Made by a program: the position numbers and the translations under genes. This document shows, piece by piece, positions 8,468 through 18,618 of a stretch of DNA of 64,000 nt (position 1 is its first letter; every line of letters begins with the position of its first letter). The notes under the pieces were generated by a model, which had not been told where the DNA came from, did no database searches, and saw only the letters and a list, made by a program, of their open reading frames with translations. This stretch comes from Longimicrobiales bacterium (GTDB lineage: Bacteria > Gemmatimonadota > Gemmatimonadetes > Longimicrobiales > Gaopeijiaceae): contig JAWLHJ010000003.1 in assembly GCA_041690395.1 (NCBI GenBank), forward strand, positions 192,001 to 256,000, in the 5' to 3' direction.

Positions 8468-9753
8468 TTGTCCACGATCCTTGCCATGAACTCGGCCTCT
8501 GCGACGACGTGGCCGTCGACGAATCCGAGCCCTTTCATTTTACAGGTGTGTCTGCGGTACTGGAGAATCTCCAGCTCGAAGACCAGGGTGTCGCCGGGGG
8601 TGACCGGACGACGCCACTTCACTTTGTCCATGGTCATGAAATACACGACCTTCTGCTCCGGGTCTTCGACCTCTTCCATGAGGAGCAAGCCCCCGACCTG
8701 AGCCATGGCCTCGATGATGAGGACGCCCGGCATGATCGGGTGACCCGGGTAGTGCCCCTGAAAGAACGGCTCGTTGATCGTGACGTTCTTGATCCCGACG
8801 ATCCGCTTCCCTCCCTCGTACTCCGTGATGCGATCCACCAGGAGCATGGGGTACCGGTGCGGGAGGTACTGCATGATCTTTGCCACGTCGACCACGGGCT
8901 GCCTTCCCCGGGTCCTCGTTTGGGCCCGGATCGCTCTGGCCAGGGCGACGTTTCCGGCGTGGCTGGGCCGGTCCGCGACGACCTGGGCGGCGAGCCCCCC
9001 ACCGAGCAGCGCGAGGTCGCCCACCATGTCTCCGACCTTGTGGCGTAGGAACTCGTCCGGATAGCGGAGTCCTCCCTCGTTCATGACCCCGTCGTCGTCG
9101 AGCACGACCGAGTTCTCGAGCGAAGAGCCGCGAGCGAGACCGCGAGCCCGGAGCGCTTCCGCGTCAGCCATGAAGCCGAAGGTCCGAGCGGCCGCCAGCT
9201 GCCTCCTGAAGGTGTGCTCGGAGATATCGAAGCAGCCGTACTGACGCCCTATGGCGTCGTGGTCGAAATCGATCGTGGCCGAGATACGGAGCCCCTCGGC
9301 CGGGACCGCCACATACGACTGGCCGTCGGCCCCTCGGGCCGTCACCGGCTCGGTGACCTCGAGCACGCGCATGGGCGCGTCCTGGTCCGTCGGCCCGGCC
9401 TCGTCGAGGGCGGCCACGTAGTCCTTGAACGACCCGTCACGAATCGGCGCTTCGGGGCCGTCCAGGTCGATGAGAACGTTGGTGAGCCCGAGGGCCGACA
9501 CGCTCGCCATCACGTGCTCGACCGTATGGACCTTGGCTTCCCCGGCGGCGAGCGTCGTACCCAGATCCGTATCGACCACGTGGTCGAGATCGGCCGGCAC
9601 GACAGGCTGGCCATCGAGATCGACGCGACGAAACCGGATCCCGGTGTCGGGATCGGAGGGGTGGAACGTGAGGCTCGCGGACGCCCCGGAGTGGACGCCA
9701 CAGCCTCGTAGCGTCACGGGTCGCGCGATGGTTCTCTGGGAGGCAGCGCTCAT
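8464..9753 (-). CDS. lpxC: Bifunctional LpxC deacetylase / FabZ dehydratase fusion
   Basis: N-terminal LpxC (QRTI, GVHSG, TVEHVMA, ARTFGF, DEFLRHKVGD) fused to FabZ (LPHRYPMLLVD, KNVTINEPFFQGHYP, MPGVLIIEAMAQ). Confidence 0.95.
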   Translation of the reverse strand: MSAASQRTIARPVTLRGCGVHSGASASLTFHPSDPDTGIRFRRVDLDGQPVVPADLDHVVDTDLGTTLAAGEAKVHTVEHVMASVSALGLTNVLIDLDGPEAPIRDGSFKDYVAALDEAGPTDQDAPMRVLEVTEPVTARGADGQSYVAVPAEGLRISATIDFDHDAIGRQYGCFDISEHTFRRQLAAARTFGFMADAEALRARGLARGSSLENSVVLDDDGVMNEGGLRYPDEFLRHKVGDMVGDLALLGGGLAAQVVADRPSHAGNVALARAIRAQTRTRGRQPVVDVAKIMQYLPHRYPMLLVDRITEYEGGKRIVGIKNVTINEPFFQGHYPGHPIMPGVLIIEAMAQVGGLLLMEEVEDPEQKVVYFMTMDKVKWRRPVTPGDTLVFELEILQYRRHTCKMKGLGFVDGHVVAEAEFMARIVDK

Positions 9754-9880
9754 GCGGATCCAATCGAGTTCGTCGGGCCTGTGCGAAAGGCTTCGTCACA
9801 GTACGACTCCGCCCGGGAAGTTAACAGGATCGTGACGACGGAGTAGTGAATCCGCACCGGTCGAGCCGGGGGGACCCGTC

Positions 9881-10960
9881 TCATGCGTCCGAGGACAGCT
9901 CCGCCCGCAAGCGCGCCACCTCCTCCTCGAGCGCCTCGATCCGTTCGAGAAGCTTCGGGAGGCGCGCCAGGTGGGCCTGCTTCCGGAGCTCCTCGCGATG
10001 CGGGCGGGCCGGGTGTCCGGACACGGTCTCCCCGGCCGGGATGTCCCGGTAGACCTTGGACGCAACGGCGACCCTCGCGCCGTCACCGACCTCGAGGTGG
10101 CCGACGAGGCCCGCTTGCCCGCCGACCCAAACTCCCCGGCCGAGGCGGGTCGATCCTGCGATGCCGACGAGCGCGGCCATGAGGCTGTGGTCACCGACCT
10201 TCACGTTGTGCGCGATCTGGACCAGGTTGTCCACCTTCACTCCGTTGCCGATGATCGTGTCGCCGATGGAGCCGCGATCGACGGTCGTGTTCGCGCCGAT
10301 CTCCACGTCGTCGCCGATCACGCATCGTCCGACCTGCGGCACCTTACGTTGCACGCCGTCACGGAAGGTGTAGCCGAATCCGTCCGGGCCGATGCGCGCG
10401 CCCGCGTGTAGCGTGACGCGGTCTCCGAGCTCGCTCCCGGGATATACGACCACCTGCGGATGGATGTGACACCTGTCGCCGATGCGCACCCGTGATCCGA
10501 TCACGACGTGCGCGTCGATGTGTGTGCCGTCGCCGACATGCACGTCGTCACCCAGGACCGCGTACGGCCCCACCGACACCCCCTGGCCGAGGCGCACGCC
10601 GCGGCCGAGGATCGCAGTGGGATGGATTCCGGGCTCCCGTTCCGGATCCGGCGGATGCAGACGCTCCAGCACCGTCGTGACCGCGGCGTGCGCGTCCGGC
10701 ACCACGACCTTGGTCAGGGCGGCAGGCAGGTCGTCGGCCAGGCTCTCGTCGACGAGGACGGCGCCGGCCCGCGTCGTATCCGCGAAGCGCGCGTAGCGCT
10801 TGGTGGTGAGCAACCCCAGCTCTCCGGGTCCCGCTTCGTCCAGCGGGCGCAGGGCGCGTACCTCGACGGTCGCATCTCCCTCGACGCGTCCGCCGACCAG
10901 TTCCGCGAGGACCCCGACGGTCACACCGTTCGCGTCCCGATCGTTGTCGCGTTCGGTCAT
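9881..10960 (-). CDS. lpxD: UDP-3-O-acylglucosamine N-acyltransferase LpxD
   Basis: GIHPTA, hexapeptide repeats, DGFGY, VPQVGRC, EIGANTTVDRG, KVDNLVQIAHNV, GHPARP; ATG at 10960 follows GGAGGAG. Confidence 0.95.
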   Translation of the reverse strand: MTERDNDRDANGVTVGVLAELVGGRVEGDATVEVRALRPLDEAGPGELGLLTTKRYARFADTTRAGAVLVDESLADDLPAALTKVVVPDAHAAVTTVLERLHPPDPEREPGIHPTAILGRGVRLGQGVSVGPYAVLGDDVHVGDGTHIDAHVVIGSRVRIGDRCHIHPQVVVYPGSELGDRVTLHAGARIGPDGFGYTFRDGVQRKVPQVGRCVIGDDVEIGANTTVDRGSIGDTIIGNGVKVDNLVQIAHNVKVGDHSLMAALVGIAGSTRLGRGVWVGGQAGLVGHLEVGDGARVAVASKVYRDIPAGETVSGHPARPHREELRKQAHLARLPKLLERIEALEEEVARLRAELSSDA

Positions 10961-11038
10961 CGCCTGCACTCCTCCCGGATCCGCCCACGGACGTTCGGCT
11001 CCGTCCTGGACGTCCCGTCCCCTCGGGTCGACATGCGC

Positions 11039-11077
11039 GAAGGGCCCCCGCGCCGGCTGCTGCGCGATGGGCCCTTC
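11039..11077. terminator. GC-rich stem-loop between skp and lpxD (terminator or processing hairpin)
   Basis: gaagggccc...gggcccttc inverted repeat; no clear U-tract. Confidence 0.4.
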
Positions 11078-11114
11078 ACCTCGATCCTGCCCCGTACCGG
11101 GTCGCGACTGCCGG

Positions 11115-11648
11115 TCAACGCCCCCCGGGGGTGGTAGAGCCGAGCCGCTGGATGACTTCCTCCGTCACATCGAGCGCCGGATCCGCCGACACGATCGACC
11201 CGGCCGCCACGTCCAGGATCAGCGCGTAGCCGCGCTCTTCACGCAGGGCTTCGATGATCTCCGTGATCTCGTCCATGACGGGCTGGACCAGTTCGGCGCG
11301 GCGCCGGGCGGCGCGCTCCTGGAGCGCGGTACCGCGCTGCTGGTACTCGTTCACCTTGGCCTGGATCTGAGCCTCGCGGTTCTGCCGGGCCTCCGGAGAG
11401 AGCGTCAGCTGCTGCTGCTGATACTGCTCCTCCATGCTCTGCAGCTCCGCCTCGAGCTCCTGGATCTCCTGCTGGAAGCCCTGCATCTCACGGTCGAACT
11501 GAGCCTGAGCCTCCGCGGCACCGGGAGCCGCGCTCATGACTTCCTGAGAATTGAGATACGCGATCCGAAGCGCCTGCGCCTCGGCCTGGGCAGCGCCCGT
11601 GACGAGCAGGAACGCCAGCGCGATGAGTGCGAACGGGATACGTCGCAT
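11115..11648 (-). CDS. skp: Periplasmic chaperone Skp/OmpH
   Basis: Signal peptide MRRIPFALIALAFLLVTGAAQAEA, RIAYLNSQEV, coiled coil, GYALILD, LDVTEEVI; GGGAG RBS; between bamA and lpxD. Confidence 0.92.
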   Translation of the reverse strand: MRRIPFALIALAFLLVTGAAQAEAQALRIAYLNSQEVMSAAPGAAEAQAQFDREMQGFQQEIQELEAELQSMEEQYQQQQLTLSPEARQNREAQIQAKVNEYQQRGTALQERAARRRAELVQPVMDEITEIIEALREERGYALILDVAAGSIVSADPALDVTEEVIQRLGSTTPGGR

Positions 11649-11821
11649 GTTGGTTACTCCCTCTGTAGTCTGCCGCCGCCCCTGGCCGCCACATGCGGCC
11701 TGCTCCGAGAGCCGGGGTGGCCCATGTGCGTGGTTCGTAATCCGCAGTCGTCGGCATGTTCCCGTGTTCCACGGCGCGTCGCGCGGATTCCCGCGACGCC
11801 GGACGAACAGCCGTAGAATGT

Positions 11822-14272
11822 CTAGAAACCCGGGCCCATTCGGAAGTGGAACTGCCAGCCCGGCGTGGTCTTGTCGAATCCGTAGGCGTAGTCGAGCCCG
11901 ATGGGCCCGAACGGCGTCACGAGTTGCAATCCGAATCCGGCGCCCCGATAGAGGCGTGTCGGGTCGATGTCGCCCGGGTTCCGCCACACGTTACCCGCGT
12001 CGAAGAACGCCCCGAGACCGAGCTGCCCGCTCAGTCGAATGGCGTACTCCGCCGTGAGGCTGAAGAACGCGTTCCCCAGCCGATCGATGTCGGAGATGCC
12101 GCGGGCGTTGTCGGCGAAGTATCCGACCGGGGTGATGGACGTTTCGTCATAGCCGCGCAGGTTCTGGCCGAACTGCACGCCACCCATCCAGAATCGGTCG
12201 AACGGGAAGGCCTCGGCGTTGCCGAACACGGTCCCACCCCGCAGGGTGAGGCCGAGCGCGAGGCGGATGCCGCTGGTCGGGTTCCCCGGATCGCCACCGA
12301 GGCGGCCCGCCGGGACCCACCAGGTTCCGTCCGCCAGCACTCGGGTGAAGTCACCGTCACCGCCCAGGAGGCCGCCGTTGACTTCGACGTTCACGTTCTG
12401 TCGGGAGCCCGTGGTGGGGAACAACGGGTGGTCCAGCGTCTGGCGGGTCACGCCCAGGGTCAGCTGACTCTGGAGCCCGGGCGGGCGGCCGAAGAGGGAC
12501 TGGTCGTCCACGTCGTTGAAGAGCTCGTACGTCGTCCTCGACAACCCGTAGCCGACGAACACCCGGGACAGTCTCGAGTTGGGCCAGGGCATACCGAAGC
12601 GAGTGTTCGCGCCGATCCGCTTACGGCGCCCGCTCGAGAACGAGAAGAACCGGTCACGCGAGTTGAACAGCGACAGCGAGCCCGAGATCATGCTCTGGAA
12701 GATGGCCGGGTCCGAATAGGTCATCTCGAAGCTGTTCAGATACCGGCCGAAGTCCCACCGCAGCGTCCCCGACTTGGCCTGTCCGAAGAGGTTCGGCTGC
12801 TCGTACCCGATGAAGCCGGAGAGCCCGACCCCACCCCCGACGGACGTGCCGAAGTTCACCGACCCGGTCTGCTTCTCCTCGACGACGAACGTGATATCCA
12901 CGTCGCCGTTGTCGAGCGGCTGGATGTCGGGGAACGGCAACGGCGCCTCGAAGAAGCCCAGCGACGAGATGTTCTGGTAGCTCCGGATCAGGCGGTCCTG
13001 GCTGTAGACGTCGCCAGGCAGGATGAAGAGCTGATTCCGGATGACCCACTCGTACGTGTACTCGTTCCCGGCGATCGCCACGCGGTTCACGATGGCCGGC
13101 TCGCCCTCGATGATCTGCCAGCTGGCGTCGACCGTGGGCGGCTCGTCTCCCTCACTCGGATTCCGCTGGAGCACCGGATTCACCTGGATGTACAGGTACC
13201 CTTCGTTCCTGTACGCCTCCATGACCCGCTCCATCGCGGCGTTGAAGGCCTCCGCGTCGAAAACCTCCCCCTCGATGTTCGAGGTACGGCTCCCGCCGAT
13301 ACCCAGGCTCCTGAGAAGCCCGCCTTCCTCGGTGCGGAAATAGGCGAGGATGTCGTCGGTGGGGAAGCGCGAGTTGCCTTCGACCGTGAACTCGCCCAAG
13401 CGGTACTGAGGGCCTTCGTCGACTTCGACCTCGACGCGAGCCTTCCCGGTCTCCGCATCGACGATGAGGGTGTCACGCACGACCGTGAAGTCGAGGAAGC
13501 CCCTGGATCGATAGAGCTGAGGCAGCCGTTCCTCGAGGTCCGCCTCGAACTGGAACTCGTCGAAGCGTCCCGACCGGAACCACCAGAAACCCTCGGGCCT
13601 GGTCGCCATGGCTCCGCGCAGGTCGGCGGCCGACACGTTCTGATTCCGGACGAACTCCACATCGGCCACCGTCACCCGGTGCCCTTCGGTGACCTCGAGA
13701 ACGACGTTCACCTCGCCCGGAGAGCCGGGAGCCGGATCCACGCGCTCCTGGATCTGGGCGAAGGGGATCCCACGCTCCGCCAGTTCCGTCCGGATGAAGC
13801 GCTTGGCGTCGAGGATGCTCTGCTGATTGAGCGGTGCCCCGGGCCGCAGACCGGTCGTATCCCGCACCTGGCTCGCCGAGATCGACTCGAGCCCGTCCAT
13901 GAGGACGGACCGGATCAACTCCTGCTCGTCCACCTCGATCACCAGCGTCACGGGCGCGGACGGATCGGCCCCGCGCGCACGGACCACGACATCCCGGAAC
14001 TGTCCCGTCCCGACCAGCGACTTGATACCTCGCTGGATGTCCCGGTAGGTGATGGACTGCCCGGGCTGGACACCGAACAAGGCGACGATCGCGCCGGGTT
14101 GGACGCGGAGGTTCCCCTCGACCACGACCGAGTCGACGACGGTCTCCTCGGGCTGGGGCTGCTGTTGGGCTTCCGTCAGTCGGGGAGCGAGCGCACACAC
14201 GACGAGGAAGGCCGCCGACAGCGCGGCGACCTTCCTCGACCGCCTTACCGCGCGGTTGATCTGGAATCTCAC
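11822..14272 (-). CDS. bamA: Outer membrane protein assembly factor BamA
   Basis: Signal peptide, POTRA repeats (VVVEGN, IAGNEYT), EEKQTGS, NLFGQA, LRGYDE, TPFGPIGLDYAYG, C-terminal Phe. Confidence 0.95.
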   Translation of the reverse strand: MRFQINRAVRRSRKVAALSAAFLVVCALAPRLTEAQQQPQPEETVVDSVVVEGNLRVQPGAIVALFGVQPGQSITYRDIQRGIKSLVGTGQFRDVVVRARGADPSAPVTLVIEVDEQELIRSVLMDGLESISASQVRDTTGLRPGAPLNQQSILDAKRFIRTELAERGIPFAQIQERVDPAPGSPGEVNVVLEVTEGHRVTVADVEFVRNQNVSAADLRGAMATRPEGFWWFRSGRFDEFQFEADLEERLPQLYRSRGFLDFTVVRDTLIVDAETGKARVEVEVDEGPQYRLGEFTVEGNSRFPTDDILAYFRTEEGGLLRSLGIGGSRTSNIEGEVFDAEAFNAAMERVMEAYRNEGYLYIQVNPVLQRNPSEGDEPPTVDASWQIIEGEPAIVNRVAIAGNEYTYEWVIRNQLFILPGDVYSQDRLIRSYQNISSLGFFEAPLPFPDIQPLDNGDVDITFVVEEKQTGSVNFGTSVGGGVGLSGFIGYEQPNLFGQAKSGTLRWDFGRYLNSFEMTYSDPAIFQSMISGSLSLFNSRDRFFSFSSGRRKRIGANTRFGMPWPNSRLSRVFVGYGLSRTTYELFNDVDDQSLFGRPPGLQSQLTLGVTRQTLDHPLFPTTGSRQNVNVEVNGGLLGGDGDFTRVLADGTWWVPAGRLGGDPGNPTSGIRLALGLTLRGGTVFGNAEAFPFDRFWMGGVQFGQNLRGYDETSITPVGYFADNARGISDIDRLGNAFFSLTAEYAIRLSGQLGLGAFFDAGNVWRNPGDIDPTRLYRGAGFGLQLVTPFGPIGLDYAYGFDKTTPGWQFHFRMGPGF

Positions 14273-16752
14273 GTCTTGGTCGCCGATTTCGCCTGAAGAT
14301 TGAGTCGCTTGCCGTCCGGGTCGACGCTCACTTCGATCTCGTCGCCCTCGCTGAACTCCGCCTGGAGGATCTTCTCCGACAGCGGGTCTTCGAGGTAACG
14401 CTGGATCGCGCGCTTGAGCGGGCGCGCCCCGAACTTCTCGTTGTAACCTTCCTCGACGAGGAAGGTGATGGCCGCGTCGGTGAGTCGGAGCGTGATGCCC
14501 TCGTCCTCGAGCCGCTTCCGCACGTCCTCCATGAGGATGTGGACGATCTGGCCGATCTCTTCCTTCGTGAGCGGATGGAAGACGATCGTGTCGTCCACGC
14601 GGTTCAGGAACTCGGGGTTGAACGCCCTCTCGATCTCCTGACCCACCCTGTCCTTCATCAGGTCGTAGCTCGACTGCGCGTCCGCCGCCTGGAAGCCGAC
14701 CCCACCGCCCTTCGTGATGTCCCGGGCACCGAGGTTGGACGTCATGATCAGGACGGTGTTCTTGAAGTCGATCACACGACCGTAGTTGTCCGTGAGGTGC
14801 CCTTCGTCGAGCACCTGCAGGAGGATATTGAACACGTCCGGATGTGCCTTCTCGATCTCGTCGAGAAGCACGACGGAGTAAGGGCGACGCCGCACGGCCT
14901 TCGTGAGCGTGCCGGAATCCTCGTACCCGACGTAGCCGGGAGGCGCGCCGATGAGGCGGGACACGGAGAACTTCTCCATGTACTCGCTCATGTCCACGCG
15001 GATGAGGGCCTCGCGGTCCGCGAACAGGAACTCGGCCAGCGCTCGCGCCAGCTCGGTCTTACCCACGCCCGTCGGTCCGGAGAAGATGAACGAGCCGATG
15101 GGCCGGCGCGGGTCCTTGAGTCCCGCGCGGCTGCGCCGGATGGCCCGGCTGATCGCCTCGATCGCGTCGTGCTGCCCCACGATCCTCTTGTGGAGCTCCT
15201 CCTCCATGTTGACGAGCCTATCGGACTCGGTCTGCCGGATACGGGTCACCGGAATGCCCGTCCAGCGGCTCACGATGAAGCCGATCTCCTCGTTTGAGAT
15301 CTCGGGGCGGAACTTCTTCCGCTCCTCCTCCCACGCGGTCTGCCGCTCGCGGATGGCCTGCCCCAACTCCCGCTCCTCGTCGCGCAGCTCGGCCGCGCGC
15401 TCGAAGTCCTGGTCGCCGATGGCGGCTTCCTTCCGCTTCGCGATCTCGGACAGCTCTTCCTTGAGCTCCTCGACCTCCGGCGGCGGAACCTGACTCGCGA
15501 TGCGCGCCCGGGCTCCGGCCTCGTCGATCACGTCGATGGCCTTGTCCGGCAGGAACCGGTCGGTGATGTAGCGGTCGGAGAGCTTGGCGGCCTGCTCGAG
15601 GGCCTCGTCCGGGATGATGACCCGGTGATGGTCCTCGTAGTGCGTGCGAAGCCCCTTCAGGATCTCGACGGTCTCGTCCACGGCGGGCGGATCAACGATC
15701 ACGGGCTGGAAGCGACGCTCGAGCGCGCCGTCCTTCTCGATGTACTTCCGGTACTCGTTGAGCGTGGACGCACCGATGCACTGGAGCTCTCCACGGGCGA
15801 GCGCCGGCTTGAGCATGTTCGACGCGTCGATGGCGCCCTCGGCCGCCCCCGCTCCGACGAGCGTGTGCAGCTCGTCGATGAACAGGATGACCGTCTGGCT
15901 CTGCTGGATCTCGTTCATGACCGCCTTCAGGCGCTCCTCGAACTGACCCCGGTACTTCGTGCCCGCGATGACCGCGGCCATGTCGAGCGCCAGGACGCGG
16001 TGGTCCTTCAACGCGTCGGTGATCTCGCCCTGAGCGATGATCTGGGCCAACCCCTCCACGATGGCGGTCTTGCCGACACCCGGCTCTCCGATGAGCACCG
16101 GATTGTTCTTCTTCCGGCGGCACAGGATCTCGACCACGCGCTCGATCTCGGACGCGCGCCCGATGGTGGGATCGAGCTTATCCTGACGCGCCAGCTCCGT
16201 GAGGTCGCGGCAGAAATGATCGAGCGCGGGCGTCTTGGACTTCTTGTCGCCGCTCTTGCTCGACCCCTGCGACTGTGAGCCACCACCGATCCCGGCCGGC
16301 TCGGACGGACTGACGTCGGAGCCGAGGACCTTGAGCGTCTCGGCGCGGGCCTCCTCGAGGGTCACCCCAAGGGAGTTCAGGACCTGGGCCGCGATCCCCT
16401 TCTCCTCCCGCAGCAGCCCGAGCAGCAGATGCTCGGTGCCGACGTAGGAGTGGTTGAAGTCACGGGCTTCGGCCATGGCGAACTCGAGCACCTTCTTCGC
16501 TCGGCTCGTGTAGGGCAACTCACCCAGGGCGATCGTGGCCTTGCCTTTGCGCACGGACTCCTCGACCCGCTCGTGGATCTGATCCAGATCCACGCTCAGA
16601 TTCGTGAGTACCGCCGCGGCGACGCCTTCGCCCTCACGGATGAGTCCAAGGAGGATGTGCTCCGTACCGACGTAGTCGTGCTGCAGGCGAATGGCCTCCT
16701 CGCGCGCCATCGCCAGCACTTTTCGCACTCGGTCGGTGAAGTTGTAGTTCAT
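14269..16752 (-). CDS. clpC: ATP-dependent Clp protease ATP-binding subunit ClpC
   Basis: Two Clp-N repeats ([26 protein letters not shown]), GEPGVGKT and GPTGVGKT Walker A motifs, UVR coiled coil, VGF ClpP-docking loop; downstream of mcsA-mcsB. Confidence 0.96.
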   Translation of the reverse strand: MNYNFTDRVRKVLAMAREEAIRLQHDYVGTEHILLGLIREGEGVAAAVLTNLSVDLDQIHERVEESVRKGKATIALGELPYTSRAKKVLEFAMAEARDFNHSYVGTEHLLLGLLREEKGIAAQVLNSLGVTLEEARAETLKVLGSDVSPSEPAGIGGGSQSQGSSKSGDKKSKTPALDHFCRDLTELARQDKLDPTIGRASEIERVVEILCRRKKNNPVLIGEPGVGKTAIVEGLAQIIAQGEITDALKDHRVLALDMAAVIAGTKYRGQFEERLKAVMNEIQQSQTVILFIDELHTLVGAGAAEGAIDASNMLKPALARGELQCIGASTLNEYRKYIEKDGALERRFQPVIVDPPAVDETVEILKGLRTHYEDHHRVIIPDEALEQAAKLSDRYITDRFLPDKAIDVIDEAGARARIASQVPPPEVEELKEELSEIAKRKEAAIGDQDFERAAELRDEERELGQAIRERQTAWEEERKKFRPEISNEEIGFIVSRWTGIPVTRIRQTESDRLVNMEEELHKRIVGQHDAIEAISRAIRRSRAGLKDPRRPIGSFIFSGPTGVGKTELARALAEFLFADREALIRVDMSEYMEKFSVSRLIGAPPGYVGYEDSGTLTKAVRRRPYSVVLLDEIEKAHPDVFNILLQVLDEGHLTDNYGRVIDFKNTVLIMTSNLGARDITKGGGVGFQAADAQSSYDLMKDRVGQEIERAFNPEFLNRVDDTIVFHPLTKEEIGQIVHILMEDVRKRLEDEGITLRLTDAAITFLVEEGYNEKFGARPLKRAIQRYLEDPLSEKILQAEFSEGDEIEVSVDPDGKRLNLQAKSATKT

Positions 16753-16755
16753 CCG

Positions 16756-17883
16756 TCAGGACCGGTCAGGGGACGCGTCTTCGTCGGACGAGGTGTCGTC
16801 CGCCGAAACGTATCCTTCGGTAGCGAGAACGCGCCGCACGTAGGCCGCTCGATGCGCGTCGCTCTCCGTTTGGGGAAGATCACGACCGGCGGCCTGCTCG
16901 AGGTGCGCCGGCTGTGTGAAGATCATCATCTTGTTGAGCGTGTATACACGGAGGCCTGGGAGTAGTTTCAGGCTCACGCCGAGTCGTACGCCCGAGAGGA
17001 GATTCATGAGCTCCTCGAACGAGAGCGACCGGGCGTATCGCAGGAGGCCGTAGGCGCGCCAGATCTTGTCCTCGGTCACCCCGAGCGCATCCCGCATGAG
17101 CACCTGGCGGGCGTGCATCTCGTACTGGATGACCTGGCGGACCACCTTGTCGAGATGGTCGACGAGGTCCTCCTCGGTCTTCCCGAGCGTGGTCTGGTTC
17201 GAGACCTGGAAGAAGTTTCCGACCACTTCGGAGCCTTCGCCGTAGAGGCCGCGGAATGTCAGCCCGACCTGTCCGAGGCCCTGGAGGACCTTCCCGATCT
17301 CCTTGGTGAGCACGAGTCCCGGCAGGTGCATGAACACCGACGCCCTGAGTCCCGTTCCCACGTTCGTGGGGCAGCTCGTCAGGAAGCCGAACTCGGTGTG
17401 GTACGCGAACGGAAGCTCCCGCCCGAGCTCCTCGTCCAGGCGGTCGACGATGCGCCACGCCTCTTCGATGCGGAGCCCCGACACGAGGCTCTGCACCCGC
17501 AGGTGGTCCTCCTCGTTCACCATCACGCTGAGCGGATCGGCACCCGAGAGGTGGACGGCGGCGCCGCGCGACGGTTCTCCGTCCTCCTCGCCCAGCAGAT
17601 CCTTCGAGACGAGCCTCCGCTCGAGTAGGATGCGCCGGGTCCGGAGGTTGGCCTCGGGCATCTCCATGAGCGTGCCTCCGCGCAGCGACTCGCACCGCGC
17701 CGCAGAGGCACGGAACTGCTCGAGCACCGCTTCGCGATCATTCACCCGGGCGCGTGGCCCAAACGCGTGACCCTGCAGGTTACGCGCCAGTCGTACTCTC
17801 GTGGACAGCACGATGTCGGCGTGATCGCCACTCGCTTCGAGCCAGCTCAGGCCGTAATCGGGAATGGAGGCGAACTCGTCCAT
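16756..17883 (-). CDS. mcsB: Protein arginine kinase McsB
   Basis: IVLSTRVRLARN, MVNEEDHLR, GFLTSCPTNVGTGLRASV..HLPGL, RGLYGEGSE, QVSNQTTLG. Confidence 0.95.
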   Translation of the reverse strand: MDEFASIPDYGLSWLEASGDHADIVLSTRVRLARNLQGHAFGPRARVNDREAVLEQFRASAARCESLRGGTLMEMPEANLRTRRILLERRLVSKDLLGEEDGEPSRGAAVHLSGADPLSVMVNEEDHLRVQSLVSGLRIEEAWRIVDRLDEELGRELPFAYHTEFGFLTSCPTNVGTGLRASVFMHLPGLVLTKEIGKVLQGLGQVGLTFRGLYGEGSEVVGNFFQVSNQTTLGKTEEDLVDHLDKVVRQVIQYEMHARQVLMRDALGVTEDKIWRAYGLLRYARSLSFEELMNLLSGVRLGVSLKLLPGLRVYTLNKMMIFTQPAHLEQAAGRDLPQTESDAHRAAYVRRVLATEGYVSADDTSSDEDASPDRS

Positions 17884-18048
17884 CTAGTGTCCCGCGTCAG
17901 AAGTTCGTTGAGCACCGAGAGTGCGGCGGCGCCACTGCGGCGAGGCGCGACGACGAGGCATAGCACCGCTACGTCGAGGAGGAGCAACGCTGCCGCAGTG
18001 GATGCAGCGGCGCTCGACTGCCGACGAACTTCTGACTCGGGACACTAG
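17884..18048. mobile_element. 165-bp palindromic MITE/REP-like element bounded by CTAG
   Basis: Ends ctagtgtcccgcgtcagaagttcgt and acgaacttctgactcgggacactag form a 24/25 inverted repeat; inner ccactgcggc/gccgcagtgg stem; fills the whole mcsA-mcsB gap; partial copy at 42651-42700. Confidence 0.75.
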
Positions 18049-18548
18049 GCGGGCTCCAGGGAGCGGATCTGGTCACGCAGCTCGGCCGCGCGCTCGAAGT
18101 CCTCGGACTCGATGGCCCGGTGCAGTCGCCGCCGCAACCCCTCGAGCCGCTTCTCCATCTCGGAGGCGGTCGGGTCCGGCGGGAGGTACACCTTGCCCAC
18201 GTGCTGCGTCCCACCGTGCACCCGACGGAGCAGGCGACGCAGGGAACTCGAGAACGTCTCGTAGCAGTGTGGGCAGCCGAGCCGTCCGGTGTCCCGGAAC
18301 TGCTTGAAGGTCAGGCCGCAGTACGAACAGGTGTCGCCGCCCGACTCGACCTCCTCGACCTGATCGTGCCCCATCTGCGCGAGGAAGTCGGTGAGCGGAA
18401 CGCTCGCCGGCTCCGGGGCGCTCTCGAGCCCCTTCTCCGCGGCGCACCGCTCGCAGAGGTGATGTGTCGACATCTCGTTGTTCACGATCTGGGTGAGGTG
18501 AACGACGGCGTCCGTCGAGCCGCAGTTGTCACACACCATGTCGGACAT
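18045..18548 (-). CDS. mcsA: McsA (UvrB/UvrC motif, CxxC zinc-binding activator of McsB)
   Basis: [51 protein letters not shown]. Confidence 0.95.
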   Translation of the reverse strand: MSDMVCDNCGSTDAVVHLTQIVNNEMSTHHLCERCAAEKGLESAPEPASVPLTDFLAQMGHDQVEEVESGGDTCSYCGLTFKQFRDTGRLGCPHCYETFSSSLRRLLRRVHGGTQHVGKVYLPPDPTASEMEKRLEGLRRRLHRAIESEDFERAAELRDQIRSLEPA

Positions 18549-18618
18549 CGAGCCTCCAGAGCCTCGAGCACGCGTCGCCGCCGGACGATTCCGGAGGTCG
18601 CGATCTCGTTCCCATCGG

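Noticed and set aside
9754..9880. Internal promoter or regulatory RNA upstream of lpxC
   Set aside because: A TG-n-TAACTT extended -10 and short inverted repeats exist, but -35 spacing is off and support is too weak.
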